From the NCBI RefSeq assembly GCF_000150275.1, contig NW_002060947.1, positions 1,357,199 to 1,421,198 on the forward strand: 64,000 nucleotides of DNA. Reading direction: 5' to 3'. Positions within the stretch are counted from its first letter, which is position 1; the number at the start of each line of letters is the position of its first letter. This document shows, piece after piece, positions 1 to 13,652 of this stretch. A program made the translations under genes and the position numbers. Under the pieces are notes generated by a model. The model made no database searches, was not told the DNA's origin, and saw only the letters and a list, made by a program, of their open reading frames with translations. The stretch comes from Trichoplax adhaerens (taxonomy: Eukaryota; Animalia; Placozoa).

Positions 1-160
1 TTCTGTACCGGTACCTAAAACAGAATATCTTAAAAGTAGACAAGTAAACAATTCTTTAAAATATATCACCATATTTTCTGTTCAATGCCGAAATGATCAT
101 CTATCCTTACCGGTAGCTTTCAATGACATCTAGTAACTTTTATGCCCTTTTCTGATTTAG

Positions 161-3100
161 ATCGCTTGTGGTGGATGCCATACTATTGTTGCATGCAATA
201 AAATCGATAAATTAGCTAACGGCGATGACGATAATGAATCATCTAGTAATGATGAAGTCGATTTTGGCAAAACTAAGCTCATGTTATCAAGCGATGAATT
301 GAATCGAACTGATGATATCCCTTTATCAGCCAGAGATCGTCATCGAAAGAAAGATAATTCGGTAAGAACATTTACCTAATAAAACCGCATTAAAAATACG
401 CTATAAATAATAATGATGCTATAATGCTAAACTTTCGCATATAGCATCATTATTATTTGAGAAACTATAGAGTTATAAGGCATATGTCTTAGTAAATATC
501 CCTAGTATGACAGTGTATTATTACCGGTATTTTACAATATAGTATGATAGGTAAATACTACGTAAGTGAGATGGGAATTATATGAGTTTTACCAAGTTAC
601 AACCAAGTGATGGAACTATGAAAAATATATTTATAAATTGAATTATAATAGTTAATCGCCTTTGCTGCATGCATATAAAGTGCGAACAAAAATAGTAAAT
701 AAATATTTAATTATCAACGTAATTTAGAGTCCAAAATAAATACTGTACTACTGTACGGAAATAAATTAATAATCCTTGACACCTAATTTTGAATAAATGA
801 TTTACTTTATCCTTATGGGGAAAATTATAAACTATCTTTATACTTATACATTAGCGGCGGATTACTAATTAGTATCGGATAGAATTAGACCATATTAATG
901 ACAATTGCGATCCAAACGAACATTTTCTGTCTGAATCTGATTTATTGAATAGAACAGGATATAGTATATCGTTTTATTGTACAAAATTTGTGTTAAATTT
1001 AATAATTAAATTAATCCTATTCGTAGCCACTAAATAAAACTCTACCACAAATTGGAAAGCGACAATTAGCACCGTTGAGAGGCAAAGGACTACAAAATGA
1101 GGGTAAGAAAATTATATTTTATTCGATAATTGTGCCAGTTACAATATTCATTGTTATAAAACCATTGTTATATATAGAAGACGGATTATTTAGTGCACAA
1201 AAACGATTAGGAAAATTAAAACTGCAAGACAGTGATAGCGAAGAAGATGACTATCGCAACAAAAAGGCTTCGAAGAAGCACATTAGCAAAAGCAGGAAGG
1301 ATGAAGACAATGAAAGTGAAGATGAAGAAGAAAGTAGATTTAGCCGTAAAAAAGATAAGAAAATGCTTGCTAGTAAAGACTTCAAGAGAAGTAAGCAGCT
1401 GCGAAAAGAAGAATCATCAGATGAAGAGGAAGAAGAGGATCAGTCTGAAGATGAACGATCTAATAGAAAAAGAATACAATCTAAGAAAGTAAATAAAAGA
1501 GCGAGCAGTGATGATGACGATGATGACGATGATGACGATGATGATGACGATGATGATGACGACGAGGATGATGACAACAAGCCAAAATCTAAAAAAGAAC
1601 TGGAAAAGCGTAAAAACCGTAAAGACGACGATGATGACGATGATGACGATGATGACGATGATGATGACGACGAGGATGATGACAACAAGCCAAAATCTAA
1701 GTTAAAATCTAAAAAAGAACTGGAAAAGCGTAAAATCCGTAAAGATGACGATGATGATGATGACAACGACGATGATGATGACGATGATGATAGCGATGAT
1801 ACATCAAGGAAAAATACAAAGAAAGCAAAAAATGTTAAAGGGAAGCGTAAAGATGAAGATGATGAAGACAATGACGACGAAGAAGATAGCGAAGATGAGG
1901 ATGAAAAGCCCAAGAATAGCAAGAAAGTAGTCAAGAAAAAAGAATTAAGGGATGATTCAGAAGAAGAGTCTGAAAGTGATATTGTAAGTAGTTTTCACAC
2001 TAATACTGATATTGAATGTTGGCCAAAATACGAAAAACTTTAATTCCGCTAAAGTCAATAATCAATGGCAATTAGCAAATTAAAAGCTTTTTAACCTTCT
2101 ACTGTACAATATAATAGCTAATTCAGTAAAAATTTATTATGTTGTTGCTTTCGTTGTACCTATCTCAGAGGGCAAAGAAAAAGAAACCGGAAAAGAAAGC
2201 CAGAGTAATGCCATCAGACTCTGAAGAAGAATTAACTTCAAATGTAACATATATCACTAAGAATTACTTTAGTAGGATAACTAGATCGTTATATAGGCTA
2301 ATTTTTATACTAGATAATTATAATGTTAAATGGCTATACTATACTAATTTGAATTCTACAATACAGAGAAAAAAGAAAAATCGTAAGCAAAGAAGCAGAA
2401 GTGATGATGATGAGGACGAAGACGATTACAAGAAGAGATCTGAGGAAGAAAATGTCAACGCCACTGAAAGTGACTCCGAACCATCGAGAAAAAAAGGTCA
2501 AGGAAAGAAAGGCAAGAAATCAACCTCTCGAAATTCAGAAGAAGATAGCAAATCTAAAAGGAAAAAGGGTAAGAAAAAGAGGAGGGATACAACAGACGAC
2601 GATGAGGACGATGAAGTGAATAAAAGTCAGCAAAATGAAAATGCTGAACAAGCGCCACCACAACCCGTGCAACCTGCACCCGCACCAGCGAAAAAGGTTT
2701 TACATTTTCTTACAAATATCTTCACTTTTAGATATCCTCATCTTTGGATGAGGAATGATTCAACTACAGTCTGATTTAGTCATTTCAACATCATCTGATT
2801 ACAGCTTTAGTTCATGCAACATTGAACCAATACTGATTTTACAACATTTGTACAACAGGGTTTCTTTAGCTTCCTTAAACGTCGTAATGCAGCGGATGCA
2901 CATAAAACTACCGCTCCAATTACAGCTAAGGAAATAGAGGATCAATCTACTGAAGCCCAAGCGCAACCATCAGCCGAAGCAATGCCTCAACAACCAACAC
3001 AGGCTAAATCTGGTGTATGCACTTTATTATAGATTACACTAATAGAAATTTGTAGATACTGCCGGACATAACAAAGAATTTTGTGGTAAATTAACTATTT

Positions 3101-3230
3101 ATCAACTATTACTTTTTCTTAAATCGATTCTCATTCAGAAGATAGAGTAAATAATAAGAATCCAAAAAATTGGCATGTACAGTATAATCATCAGCTGTTA
3201 CAAGGATATAATTTGTGTAAAATCATATAA
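161..3230 (+). CDS. Spliced gene (5' end outside the window or not identified) encoding a highly charged low-complexity protein with poly-Asp tracts alternating with Lys/Arg blocks; function unknown
   Basis: Phase-compatible AG/GT exons at about 161-361 (IACGGCHTIVAC...RKKDNS), 1027-1102, 1178-1983, 2169-2243, 2367-2696 and 2859-3012/3014 (GFFSFLKRR...). The last exon starts at 3139 and stops at 3150 or 3230 depending on the donor used. Confidence 0.7.
1508..1800 (+). repeat. Coding (GAT/GAC)n poly-Asp microsatellites within an internally duplicated ~115-bp block
   Basis: DnEDDDNKPKS(KLKS)KKELEKRK(N/I)RK occurs twice, near-identical at DNA level, followed by a third poly-Asp run. Confidence 0.9.
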
Positions 3231-3763
3231 GTTTTTTCATTAAAGCGTTAAAAAATACAAACAGGGCGAAAAATTTTGCTACACTAAATAAAAATTCTCT
3301 CCATATAAAATAAAGCTGAAGTCTTACTATTATCCTAAAGCTTTAATATTATTGCATATGCTTTTCTATTTGAATTAATTTCCTAGTAAGCATTTGATTG
3401 ACGTTCCATTATCGATTACATAGAATACTATTAAAGTTCATAATCGATAGTTCATTATTGAAGCATCCTAGCTATTATGATTATTTCAGCAAAGTAAAAT
3501 TTTTTAGCCTTAAAATTTCAAATCTTACGACTAAGCAAAGCGTCTCAACACACTTTCTTTTATAAAATGTAACAAACAACTATTGTGAAAGCTGAGACAT
3601 AATTATCAATTTTGTACATGAAAGAATTGGAAATACCGCTAAAAACGACGGAGTTAAAATGCGTCACAAAAATGAAAAAAGTCTAATATTATAATATAAA
3701 TTAATTCCATATTACGGTAGTATGGATATAAACTTTAGAATCGTTATAACAATAGGTATACTT

Positions 3764-6700
3764 TTAAATCTGCCACATCAATAAATGATTACGATCACTT
3801 GAAGCACTGGCAGACTTCCTAATAAGTAATGTAGGAGTCCTATTCTTGGCATTGGATTTTGATAATTCCGCTGCACTTAATCGAAAATCTATATAGCCTT
3901 CACCTCCTGTAACAACTAAAGCCTTCGTATCTTCTTCGGTAATTCTTTTTGCCTTTGCAATAGCTCCTGATTTTGTCGAGTCATCGTTAGTAGTATGCAA
4001 AATAGAAGTGGATAAAGGCAATATAAACTTGACAGAGTCACGGTGTCCATGAAAAGATAATTGGGCATGAGCCAAGGAACAATATAAAATATTTTCAGCT
4101 ATAACAAAAAAGATTCGTATTTTATAACGATTAGCAAATAGTTATTACATCCCTCAATTATATTTATTTACAATCAAACTGTGACTCTAAGATACTATTA
4201 TACCAGTTGGAGTGCTAGATCCAATCGGAACGCCTTTCTCGTCATCTGGTGTATTGATATCATTATAATGCGTTGATCGCGGGACTATTAAAATTACCCC
4301 ACTGCCAGTACCAACCCACAGCCTATCACTAGTAGCAAGGATTGAAGTAATCCGAACTATATTGAAGTTGCGATTACTGGAGCCTGTAATAATTAAATAA
4401 CAGTTATTAACATAAAGTTGTGTTAAAATTATTAAAATTAATACGCGGCTATAACTTCACTTATGTAAAATATATATTCAACACACCAAGCATTTGCGTT
4501 ACAAAGGGTTCAATATTAATTTCCTGCAGGCATTCATGAGTTCGCGAATGATATAACCGCAATTTGCTATCAAGTCTAATTGAAAGCCAGACACCATCTC
4601 GATAGCAAGACATTTGACGAACTTGACTTTCTTTCCTTGGATGGACAGTAATTCCAGTCTGCAATACGTATAACTTAGTTGGAGCTATACAGTAATCCTC
4701 ATTGTACAGTGTATTACCCGAAATTAAATAAAATTCCTAAAAATTACCAGTAACTGCATATTTCTTGGATCGAAAATGAGAACTTGATTTTGGTAGCCGC
4801 ACCATAGCGTTTCATCAACAATCGTCATACAACGAACGGAATGATTAGATCTAGATACTCGCAATAAGTGATACTCGCCCGTTTCCCAATAACCACCTGC
4901 AAGGATTACAGATTCACTCAGTTATTTGGCCGTCTACAAATTTAACAATCGATGACATTTGCACTAATCCATACCTCTTCGATTTCGATGAAAAATAGCG
5001 AGATTACCATTTGACAATGCAATCACCACTCTTCCTCTGATATGTCTACAATAAAAGCAGTACATTATCTATTTTTATTTAAGCATAAGAACTTACTAGA
5101 TACTTACACCATACTCAAGATAGAATCAGGTAATTTAACGGAATGCAGACATTTTTTCCATGAAGCAACTGCAGAGTGGACATAAATGCTTGAAAGAAGA
5201 AATGATCAGTTATGCTTTTAACCATAATAAATAAAATAATAGAGTGATCTTCGATATCAACTATTTCATAAAACTTACTAGCCAGCCTGATCGCCCATCC
5301 ATATTGTTGGCATAACACTGCATTTTCGGTCAGCTTCTTCATCATTATCAGGTGTTGCATTACCGTTACCACCATCAGTATGAATGGTACGTAATTTTAA
5401 TTTAGTAGTATCAAATTCAAAGCCATTAAGTGAAGCACGAGATTGACTGACAGAATCGCCAGACAACGAACTTTGTTCATTCTCACCGCTACTACTCCCT
5501 GAAAAATGCAAGAATGGATTAAGACAGTAAACAGAAATTATACCACAAACTATTCAACATTGAATGCAACAGATAGCATCCTAACCTTCAGTTAAGTCCA
5601 TTTGCGAACCTATATCTGCATGATAGTCGTCGGAACTTGACGACGGCACAGAAACAATACCGAATACATGAGAAGCACAAACAGTGAAAGTATCCAACAT
5701 ATCTGATGGAGAATTAGCATCAATGATAACAACTTGACTCATGGCATGAGATGCAGCACAAATCCAAGCTAGTGACGAGAGACCACTAGCCTTTACACTG
5801 GGGTTTGAAGAAAAAAAGATTAATGTTGTTAAAACTCTGTAACTGAATTTTTAATTATAAGTTAATCTTCAACTTGGACTTACTGTTGATCGTAGCCAGA
5901 TAAATTCACCACTGTACCACACCATACCTATTATAAAAATATTATTTGAGGACGATAAAAAAATAATTTTATATTTTACTGATAATCATAATTATATAAC
6001 TACTGACAATAATCGTATTTACATACCTTCAATCTGCTTTCAGCTACAGTTAACGGATGGCAACAAATAGGTATAGGCACCTTCAAGTTACGCGGAGAAT
6101 CAGTTTGATCTTTAGCGAGATCAATATTTTCACTGCTTTTACCAACATACATATGCGCTGGACGACTCCATCCGCATGATAATGATATATCAGCTATGAA
6201 ATAATTATTATGAAAGTTATAGACAGTATAACAGACAATAGATACTCTAAGGTAGCAAATTGCAATTACAGAGTATAATTAAACTCTTAAAGTGACTGTT
6301 AGATAAAAGACATATACTTACATAATCTCTTCTGCAAACGTAAACTATCTTCAGGAGTGAGTGGTGGGGGTGACGAAGAGTCACCATCGTCGCTACTATA
6401 TATTACAGAAATTGAAAAAATGAAATAATAACAGATAGTAATGTTATGAAGAATTGTGATGCATAGAATAAATACTAAGAATTGTTATCTTGGCAAAACT
6501 TACCTGCTCAATCGAACATCTGGTATTTGTAGCTTGTGTGGACGATGATGATGACTACTTTTTCTGGCAGGCAAAACGTGATCTTGCGTTGCTTCAACAA
6601 TTACCGCAGGTTCAGGTTTCCGAACAGTTTGACTAGTAGCCTTTTTGGATGTAAATAAGCCACTAAATCTGTAGGAAATTGCCAAAATTTCAAAAACATT

Positions 6701-9700
6701 TACTTTATTTCCACATTAAATATTACATATATGATTTGAAAATATGTAAGAGATTATAGATAATATTTTATGTTTACATTTGTACGTAATGGCTGTACTA
6801 ATAAATACTTTTCTTACTCTAAAAAGTCCTAGCATAAATTTATAGCAACATTACGTACATTTTCCATACGCCTTGAGATTTCTTTTTCGGTGTCGCAGCG
6901 ATCGCCGACTCTTTGGTCGCCCTATATTACATAATTTGATACATTCACATGATATTAATTAGTACAAGCAGTAGCACATCCAATGCAACAAGGATGCTAT
7001 GTTACCGAATCATTTCTGTCCAACGTAATATCTCTTGCAATTCAATAACTTTTTCTTTGTATTGGTTACGTTCTGATATAACTCGAGCTATTTCTTCCCG
7101 AGTAACGATTTTTTTCTTCATAGTTGTTACACCAAATTCCTGTTATATTAGAAGTAAAAGACTTATGTATCTGAAAACTACGAGCAATTACTTATAGCGT
7201 ATACAGTAATGCCTACTTCGAATTCTTCATCAATCTCAAATGTTCCACTACGGACAGATTCCTCCTTAATTCTATAAAATAGCAAATAGTATTTAATACC
7301 AAATGTATAAAAAACCTCACAATTTACTAATATAGTTCCTAGACCATATAATATCACGTGAAAGTGTCATCTTGGCTCCTTCATTGCAGGTAATCAAAGA
7401 GCATATACTGTACCTTCGTAATTCTTGTTTCATTTCGTTAATCCTTACAGAGAGTTTAGACTTGGTAGCACTAACACGCTGCATATCTTCCTGTAACTGT
7501 TCCTTTTCGCTAAATTCCATTCAATTGAAATAATCTTAGCATCTTGATCAATATATACATATCGTTTCAAGCTAAGAAAATCTTATAGACTTGCCTTTGC
7601 AATTCTTTAACCCGAGAGGATAAATCATCCTTACTAGCCTGTAAATCATGCTTTTCTTCTACTAGACTCCTATTCTCTACTACTAAATGTTCAATTTGAT
7701 TACGCAAGCCTATTATTGCAAAAATATACAAAATCAATTAAGCCATAAACGTGCAATTAGCATCATAACAGAAATGATAAAAATTTAAAATTTCAATGCA
7801 TTTACAACTAAATAAACTACTGCTTCATGATGTAATTCCAATAATTAGACAGCACATACTATTGGGAAGAGAATCCTTTTTAACACTTCCTAGGCTTATC
7901 GATTGTTTTATACCACCATCAGAAAGCACAATTGAATCTGTATTATTATCGGAGTGGCTGTCCGAAATTTCAGAATCATTATCGATATCAACTGTCATAG
8001 ACTTTCGAGGTACATCAAGCAGGTTGGGTCGCCTGCCAACTCCTTTGTGAGGTGTGCGATTATTGGATCTCGCCCTTCGTCGTATTGGTTCAACATTAAT
8101 TTCTAATTCATAAGAGACAACCAAGTCCCTGTCAGAAGGATCATTACTACTTAAATTGCCATCATTTTCTGCATCATTTGCGCTAGCATCTTGCGTCTGT
8201 TGAGAGTTAGCTAAATCACTAATATTAGCCTCGCTAGTGAATTATAGAATAGGAAAAAATTATGCAAATTAATCGCGCGTAGAGTATTGTCAATGATAAA
8301 TATTAACAACTAACTTAACACACCTTTGTTCGTTTTCGGTTTCCTTATCATTATCTCCCTCCTGCTCTTCTTCATCATCTTCAGAGATATCGCTTTGCCG
8401 TCGCCGTTGGTGTTGCGCCAATTCATCAGCTAAGGATACATCATTGATGGGCGATTGTGGTAGATCTCGCGGGCTTTGAGAGCTCGTATCTTCATCAACG
8501 CTCAATTGTCTTGAATTTTGAGATGAAATATCCGGGACAACTATTTGACTATCGTCATGTTCAGTTTCTTGGTCCAAATCAGAAAAATCATCGTACTCTT
8601 CATCAGAATTTCCTTTCTGTGGAGTTGCAACTAAACTACTTTGATTTGGTTTATCAGAGCCAAGTGATTTTACTGAAGGCGGCGGTGATGTTGACCGCAT
8701 TGGTGACGGACTTCCACTTGCTCTATCTAATGAATGGACTCTCGGCCTATCAAGCAAATATAAGAATGTCTAGACTAAGTACACTTACATCATTAAGTTG
8801 ATTTCGTAAGTAATTAATCCATAGGTTTTTTTATGTCATGTTAGACAACATTAAATACGATATAAAAATGTAGACTTCCCATCGATAATACTACGTTAAT
8901 TGATATTACTGATGTATTAACTTTCTATTTCTTTCACTGTATCCCTTCGGCAGAAAGCTTACAGTTGCCTATCAATTCCTACTAATCTTATAGTCGATAG
9001 CATCATAAATATAGAATAAACTGCTTAACTCACCTATTACTAGCTCCAGTTTTGCGGGTTTTTCCCAGGAAGTCATGTACGAGCTATTTAAACGAGTTAT
9101 ATAACGATCTCAAGTTATGTAATATGTTACGGTTACCTTAGTAGCTGATGCGTAAATTACTATATATTGATTTATAACAAAGGGTACAAATATCATGCTT
9201 TGTAGTTAGCGATCTATGTGTTTACTAAGTCATTCCTACATATAATGTAAAGTAAATGTATTACTAGCTAAAACAATATCAACATATTTGAAATTAAAGA
9301 GTCTCTAAATACGTACTCGTATTATTATGGAGCACCTGAATCAGTACTAATTTTAATCTTGACATCAACCAACATATTAAATATAGTTGAAGAAGAAGTA
9401 CAGTATGATTTAAACTTGAGTGTAATACTACACGCTGACTAAACAAGCAAGTCATAACTACATTTTGTTGATAGTTTGTATATAACTTGATGCTGTAGAC
9501 AAGGATATAATTATTGCATACTAAAGATATAATGTAATTAATACACAATTCTTAGGAGATAAAAATTTACTTAAAATTTAACTAATCCCAAAAAACAGCT
9601 ACTTCAATAGAAGTACTGCTTTATAGTATATCGTACTAATAATAGTATTAATAACAGTCGCTATATTAAATTACCCTAAGTAATAGCAAACTACTAAGGC

Positions 9701-11874
9701 CACGAAGATCTAGGATACTGTACAAACGCTCAAACTATAACTTGATAGTATTGCCGCTAATCTCATCTTTATTTAAAAATTAGGACCTATAACATTCCAT
9801 TCATTTATGAATCGCTGAACGAGAAATAACGTTTTGCTAGCCAAATGCAAACACTTCCGGCGTGACGATAATAAGAAATTTACACTTGGTAGAATATATG
9901 GTATAACCGAGATAATAGCATAATCAGTTAAACTTACATTGTGTTTCTTCAGAGTTAAATTTTCTTTTCTTAATTCTGATAATCTTTCCTCTAATCGTTC
10001 AACTAAAAAGAATTTTTAAATTTTTATCGAGATAAAATTGCCATTGCAATTTATATTACCTGATATAGGTACAATACATGCATAACTTCAAGTAATACTA
10101 GCTTAAAACGAACATGGGAACTCTACAAATCTACTTGGCTTTTATTTTATCCCCAAAATGGTAACATGAAAATAAATATTTATATTTTTAATACTAATTA
10201 ATGTTGCCTGACAGAAGTAACATGGAATCAAGATTTATTTCCTCGTGTTGTACAACATAATAACTTACAAGACACGTATAACATATAGCGATACTAAATT
10301 AATAGTAACATGGAACAAATTAAAATATTACGACACTTACAAAATCTAAGTAGGCTTTACTGTAAGTACAAAAGTAATATTAAAGAGATATTTCGATGAG
10401 TGAATTACCTTGCTGTATTAAAGCTTTGCATTTACCATCCAACTGCCGACTTTGTTTATTATTGCTTTCTAGCTGATTTTCTAACTCTCTTTTATCTTCT
10501 TCCAAGTTATCTTCAACGGCTAAATATTTCTAAAAAAAGAAATGAAATTCATGCTAATCAATACTTACAATCTAATGTAGATCTAAATACGATCCTATCT
10601 AAGGTATTACTGATCACTTCACTGAAATAATCATAGTATAGGTTATTTTATGGGTATTTAAGATAAAGCATTTAAAGCCATGATGCACGCAAAAGATAAT
10701 TCGTTTTAACTCTAGGTGCACAGACGTACGAGATGACATTGTAGATAATATTTACGGTATAACACAGAAAATCTATCTAGTTCCATAAAAGCTTCATATA
10801 CATCATGATTACTAAACTTCATTCTAGGAATAAATGATAGCATGGCATCTCTTTTACAGCTAACTAAAGTTCAATAAGAACTGCAACTTGAATTCTATTT
10901 CGGATGATGTTATTATATTCTTATTGTGGTTTTTAACTTTTGGATATAAAAAGTTCATCCAAAAAAAAAGAGATTTAATATAATTCATTAGTCTGTTAAA
11001 TTTGATCCCTGCACTATTGATGTTTAAAGAATGAAAAGATTCTGTAAATAAGTTGAGATGAAAAATCTTAATTTGAAACTATTGCGCATTTATTTACGTT
11101 TTTAGACAACACTTTTGCAAACTATAAACTCTGTGTAATGACTATTTTTTTTCCATTTTTTAAGTTAAAAACTGATCAGGGTCACGATACAACACTATCG
11201 TAAACTATGAGATTTTAAGTTCTATTTCCAATATTCGCTCGCTTATACTAAGACTACAGCTCACGTATTTATTTGCCGGTAAATAATAATTGTTATTATC
11301 TAATCATCTACGATAACATTTCCCTTTACGGGTAGGATAACCTTTGTACAATATTGCAGTACTACGCGTAATTTCACACAATGTAATCTAACAATCGCTT
11401 TGCATTCATTATATCTTCTTGGACAGTGAACTATTATAATTCTTAATGAACTTTTTGACGATGGATTCATATTGTCAAAGTAAAATCAAGAATCTCATAA
11501 GAAGTCCTTTATAAAGCAATCTTTATAGCAAAACAACATTAACTAATTCTAATTAAGGACCATGGCCTTACCTCTTCAGCAATTTTACGGAGTTGTTTTT
11601 CACGCTCATATTGGGCTAACAATTGCTGTTTATCTTCATCTACTTCTTCCAACTTAATCAAATAATCATGACTTTCACTAAAAGCGTTATCAAGATTCTC
11701 TAATACTGATACGATCATTGGCGTTAAACGATCAACAGCTTCATTGCCGTATGCGTTGATCAACACTTGTAATTCGTCGAAAAAATTAGTAGCTAAGGCG
11801 GCAACCCTAGGCGATAAGCCTGCACTTCGCGGATCATCGCTAACGTCAGAGCTATATACGGTCTCCGATAGCAT
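3764..11874 (-). CDS. MAPK8IP3: JNK-interacting protein 3/4 (UNC-16/Sunday driver family) scaffold, about 24 coding exons
   Basis: N-terminal RH1 ([43 protein letters not shown]...[15 protein letters not shown]), a leucine zipper, RH2 ([30 protein letters not shown]), and a WD40-like C-terminus ([50 protein letters not shown]). Probably co-orthologous to MAPK8IP3 and SPAG9. Confidence 0.93.
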
Positions 11875-13174
11875 ATCGTCGTCTTCGAAGTAGTTTGATA
11901 AGCAATTTAATGGCAATGATTGATCACTGCCGATGCAAAGAAATCTCAATTAAAGCAATCTTGAATCTTTTAAAAATCACTCGTTTTGGGTATTGAGCGA
12001 CCAATAGTCCAGTTCTTATTTCAGTTGCTTTATGCTTACTGTTACAATTGGTTATCTTTCCGTAAAAATATTTACTGTTTATAAAAGAATCAGAAAAAAA
12101 TTTGTATAAGTTTATGCTTATTTTATCAACAGTGCGTTGTTGTACGTTATTTTATTTCGGATTTTCTGCACCATTGAGAGTGCTCGTTTTAGTTTAGTTG
12201 AACATGATGCAGTATTTTCGTACTAAAATAAGCCTTAAAGAATGTGTAGAATAAGCAAGACATGGAATTAAATACTGTCTGTACCTTAAGCAGTTATTTT
12301 AAAAACATCAGTACAGAGCCTGATTACAGATAGAATCCCTTAAGTTGACGGTAAAATCGTCAACATAGTAAAAAGAAAGATATGGCAGATAGCAAGAATG
12401 CGATCTAAATTGACTCAATAGGGTTCATTGTCGTCTACTGTAGTGTATAGGTAAATGTTGATCGAAGATGATCATGACTATAGGCGATTTATTATAGACA
12501 ATACTTAACAAATATATTTATCTACTTTGTACCAAGATGATGAATTTATAGTATTCATCAATAACATACAGTATATCAATTTTGATATGTAGGAACTACA
12601 GTCTACAGTAGATAACCTTACTTTAGAAGATGACAACAAATCCACTCCAATTATAGTATGACTCGTCGATCTACAACACTGTAGGTAATATGTCGTCATT
12701 GCATGATCGCTAGACCAAAGATGATGTATTCTAACGATAAAAATGAAAACGATTGATATTAAGAACGTAGTCAATACGCGTCTAATTCGAGTTTGTTATT
12801 GGATAGAATTTATTTATGTAGACTTGATGACCAAGTATTCAGTCGATAGCAGTGATGAGGACTATACGATTGTGCTACTGATATCGTCTCTTCATCTACA
12901 AAGATATGTTTGGGTCCATGTTCATATTGTGCAGTCGATAGAAATGTGTGTACTCTTGGAGTAATACAAAAATGTAGAGGAAAAAAATCTGGATCGATAG
13001 CGATATACTGTAGTATGAGGGTAATATATCAATTGGAGTTTATAAAGGTATGACTGATGGATCATCGTTAATCAAGGTAAAGGCAAGAATAGAAAACATG
13101 ACGATAATATAATGTTGAGAAGGTAAATACAGTTAAAACTCGATGGATACCATCGACATGGATTGTATGTAGAA

Positions 13175-13652
13175 ATGATCGATATACCCGTCGATCTATT
13201 CTATCGATTGGATATTCAACGCCATTATCCTATCCACTACGATTTACTGCTACTAAAGAAAGGACTTTGGTAGAATTGAAGGATAAGACGAAAGCATCGC
13301 AACACTGATAACATTGACGCATATTAAGATAATTTTAAAAATTGAATGCGATCGCGATAAAATTGTCTAAATCAATTCACCTTGGGCAATACTTGCTAAC
13401 ATGCGATGAATGATGATCGATATACGCGTCGATCTATTCTATCGATTGGATATTCAACGGCATTATCCTATCCACTACGATTTACTGCTAGTAAAGAAAG
13501 GACTTTGGTAGAATTGAAGAATAAGACGAAAGCATCCAACACTGATAACATTGACGTATATTAAGATAATTTTAAAAATTGAATGCGATCGCGATAAAAT
13601 TGTCTAAATCAATTCACCTTGGGCAATACTTGCTAACATGCGATGAATGATG
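13175..13652. repeat. Near-perfect tandem duplication of ~238 bp, probably in a JIP3 5'UTR intron
   Basis: ATGATCGATATAC(C/G)CGTCGATCTATTC...CTTGGGCAATACTTGCTAACATGCGATGAATG starts at 13175 and again at 13413, with few differences. Confidence 0.95.

Noticed and set aside
167-181. CxxCH as a c-type haem-binding site
   Set aside because: A single short motif with no cytochrome context; chance or metal binding is equally likely.
1440-1934. Poly-Ser antisense ORF and Met/Thr-rich alternative-frame ORFs
   Set aside because: Shadows of the (GAT/GAC)n repeat in the real plus-strand exon.
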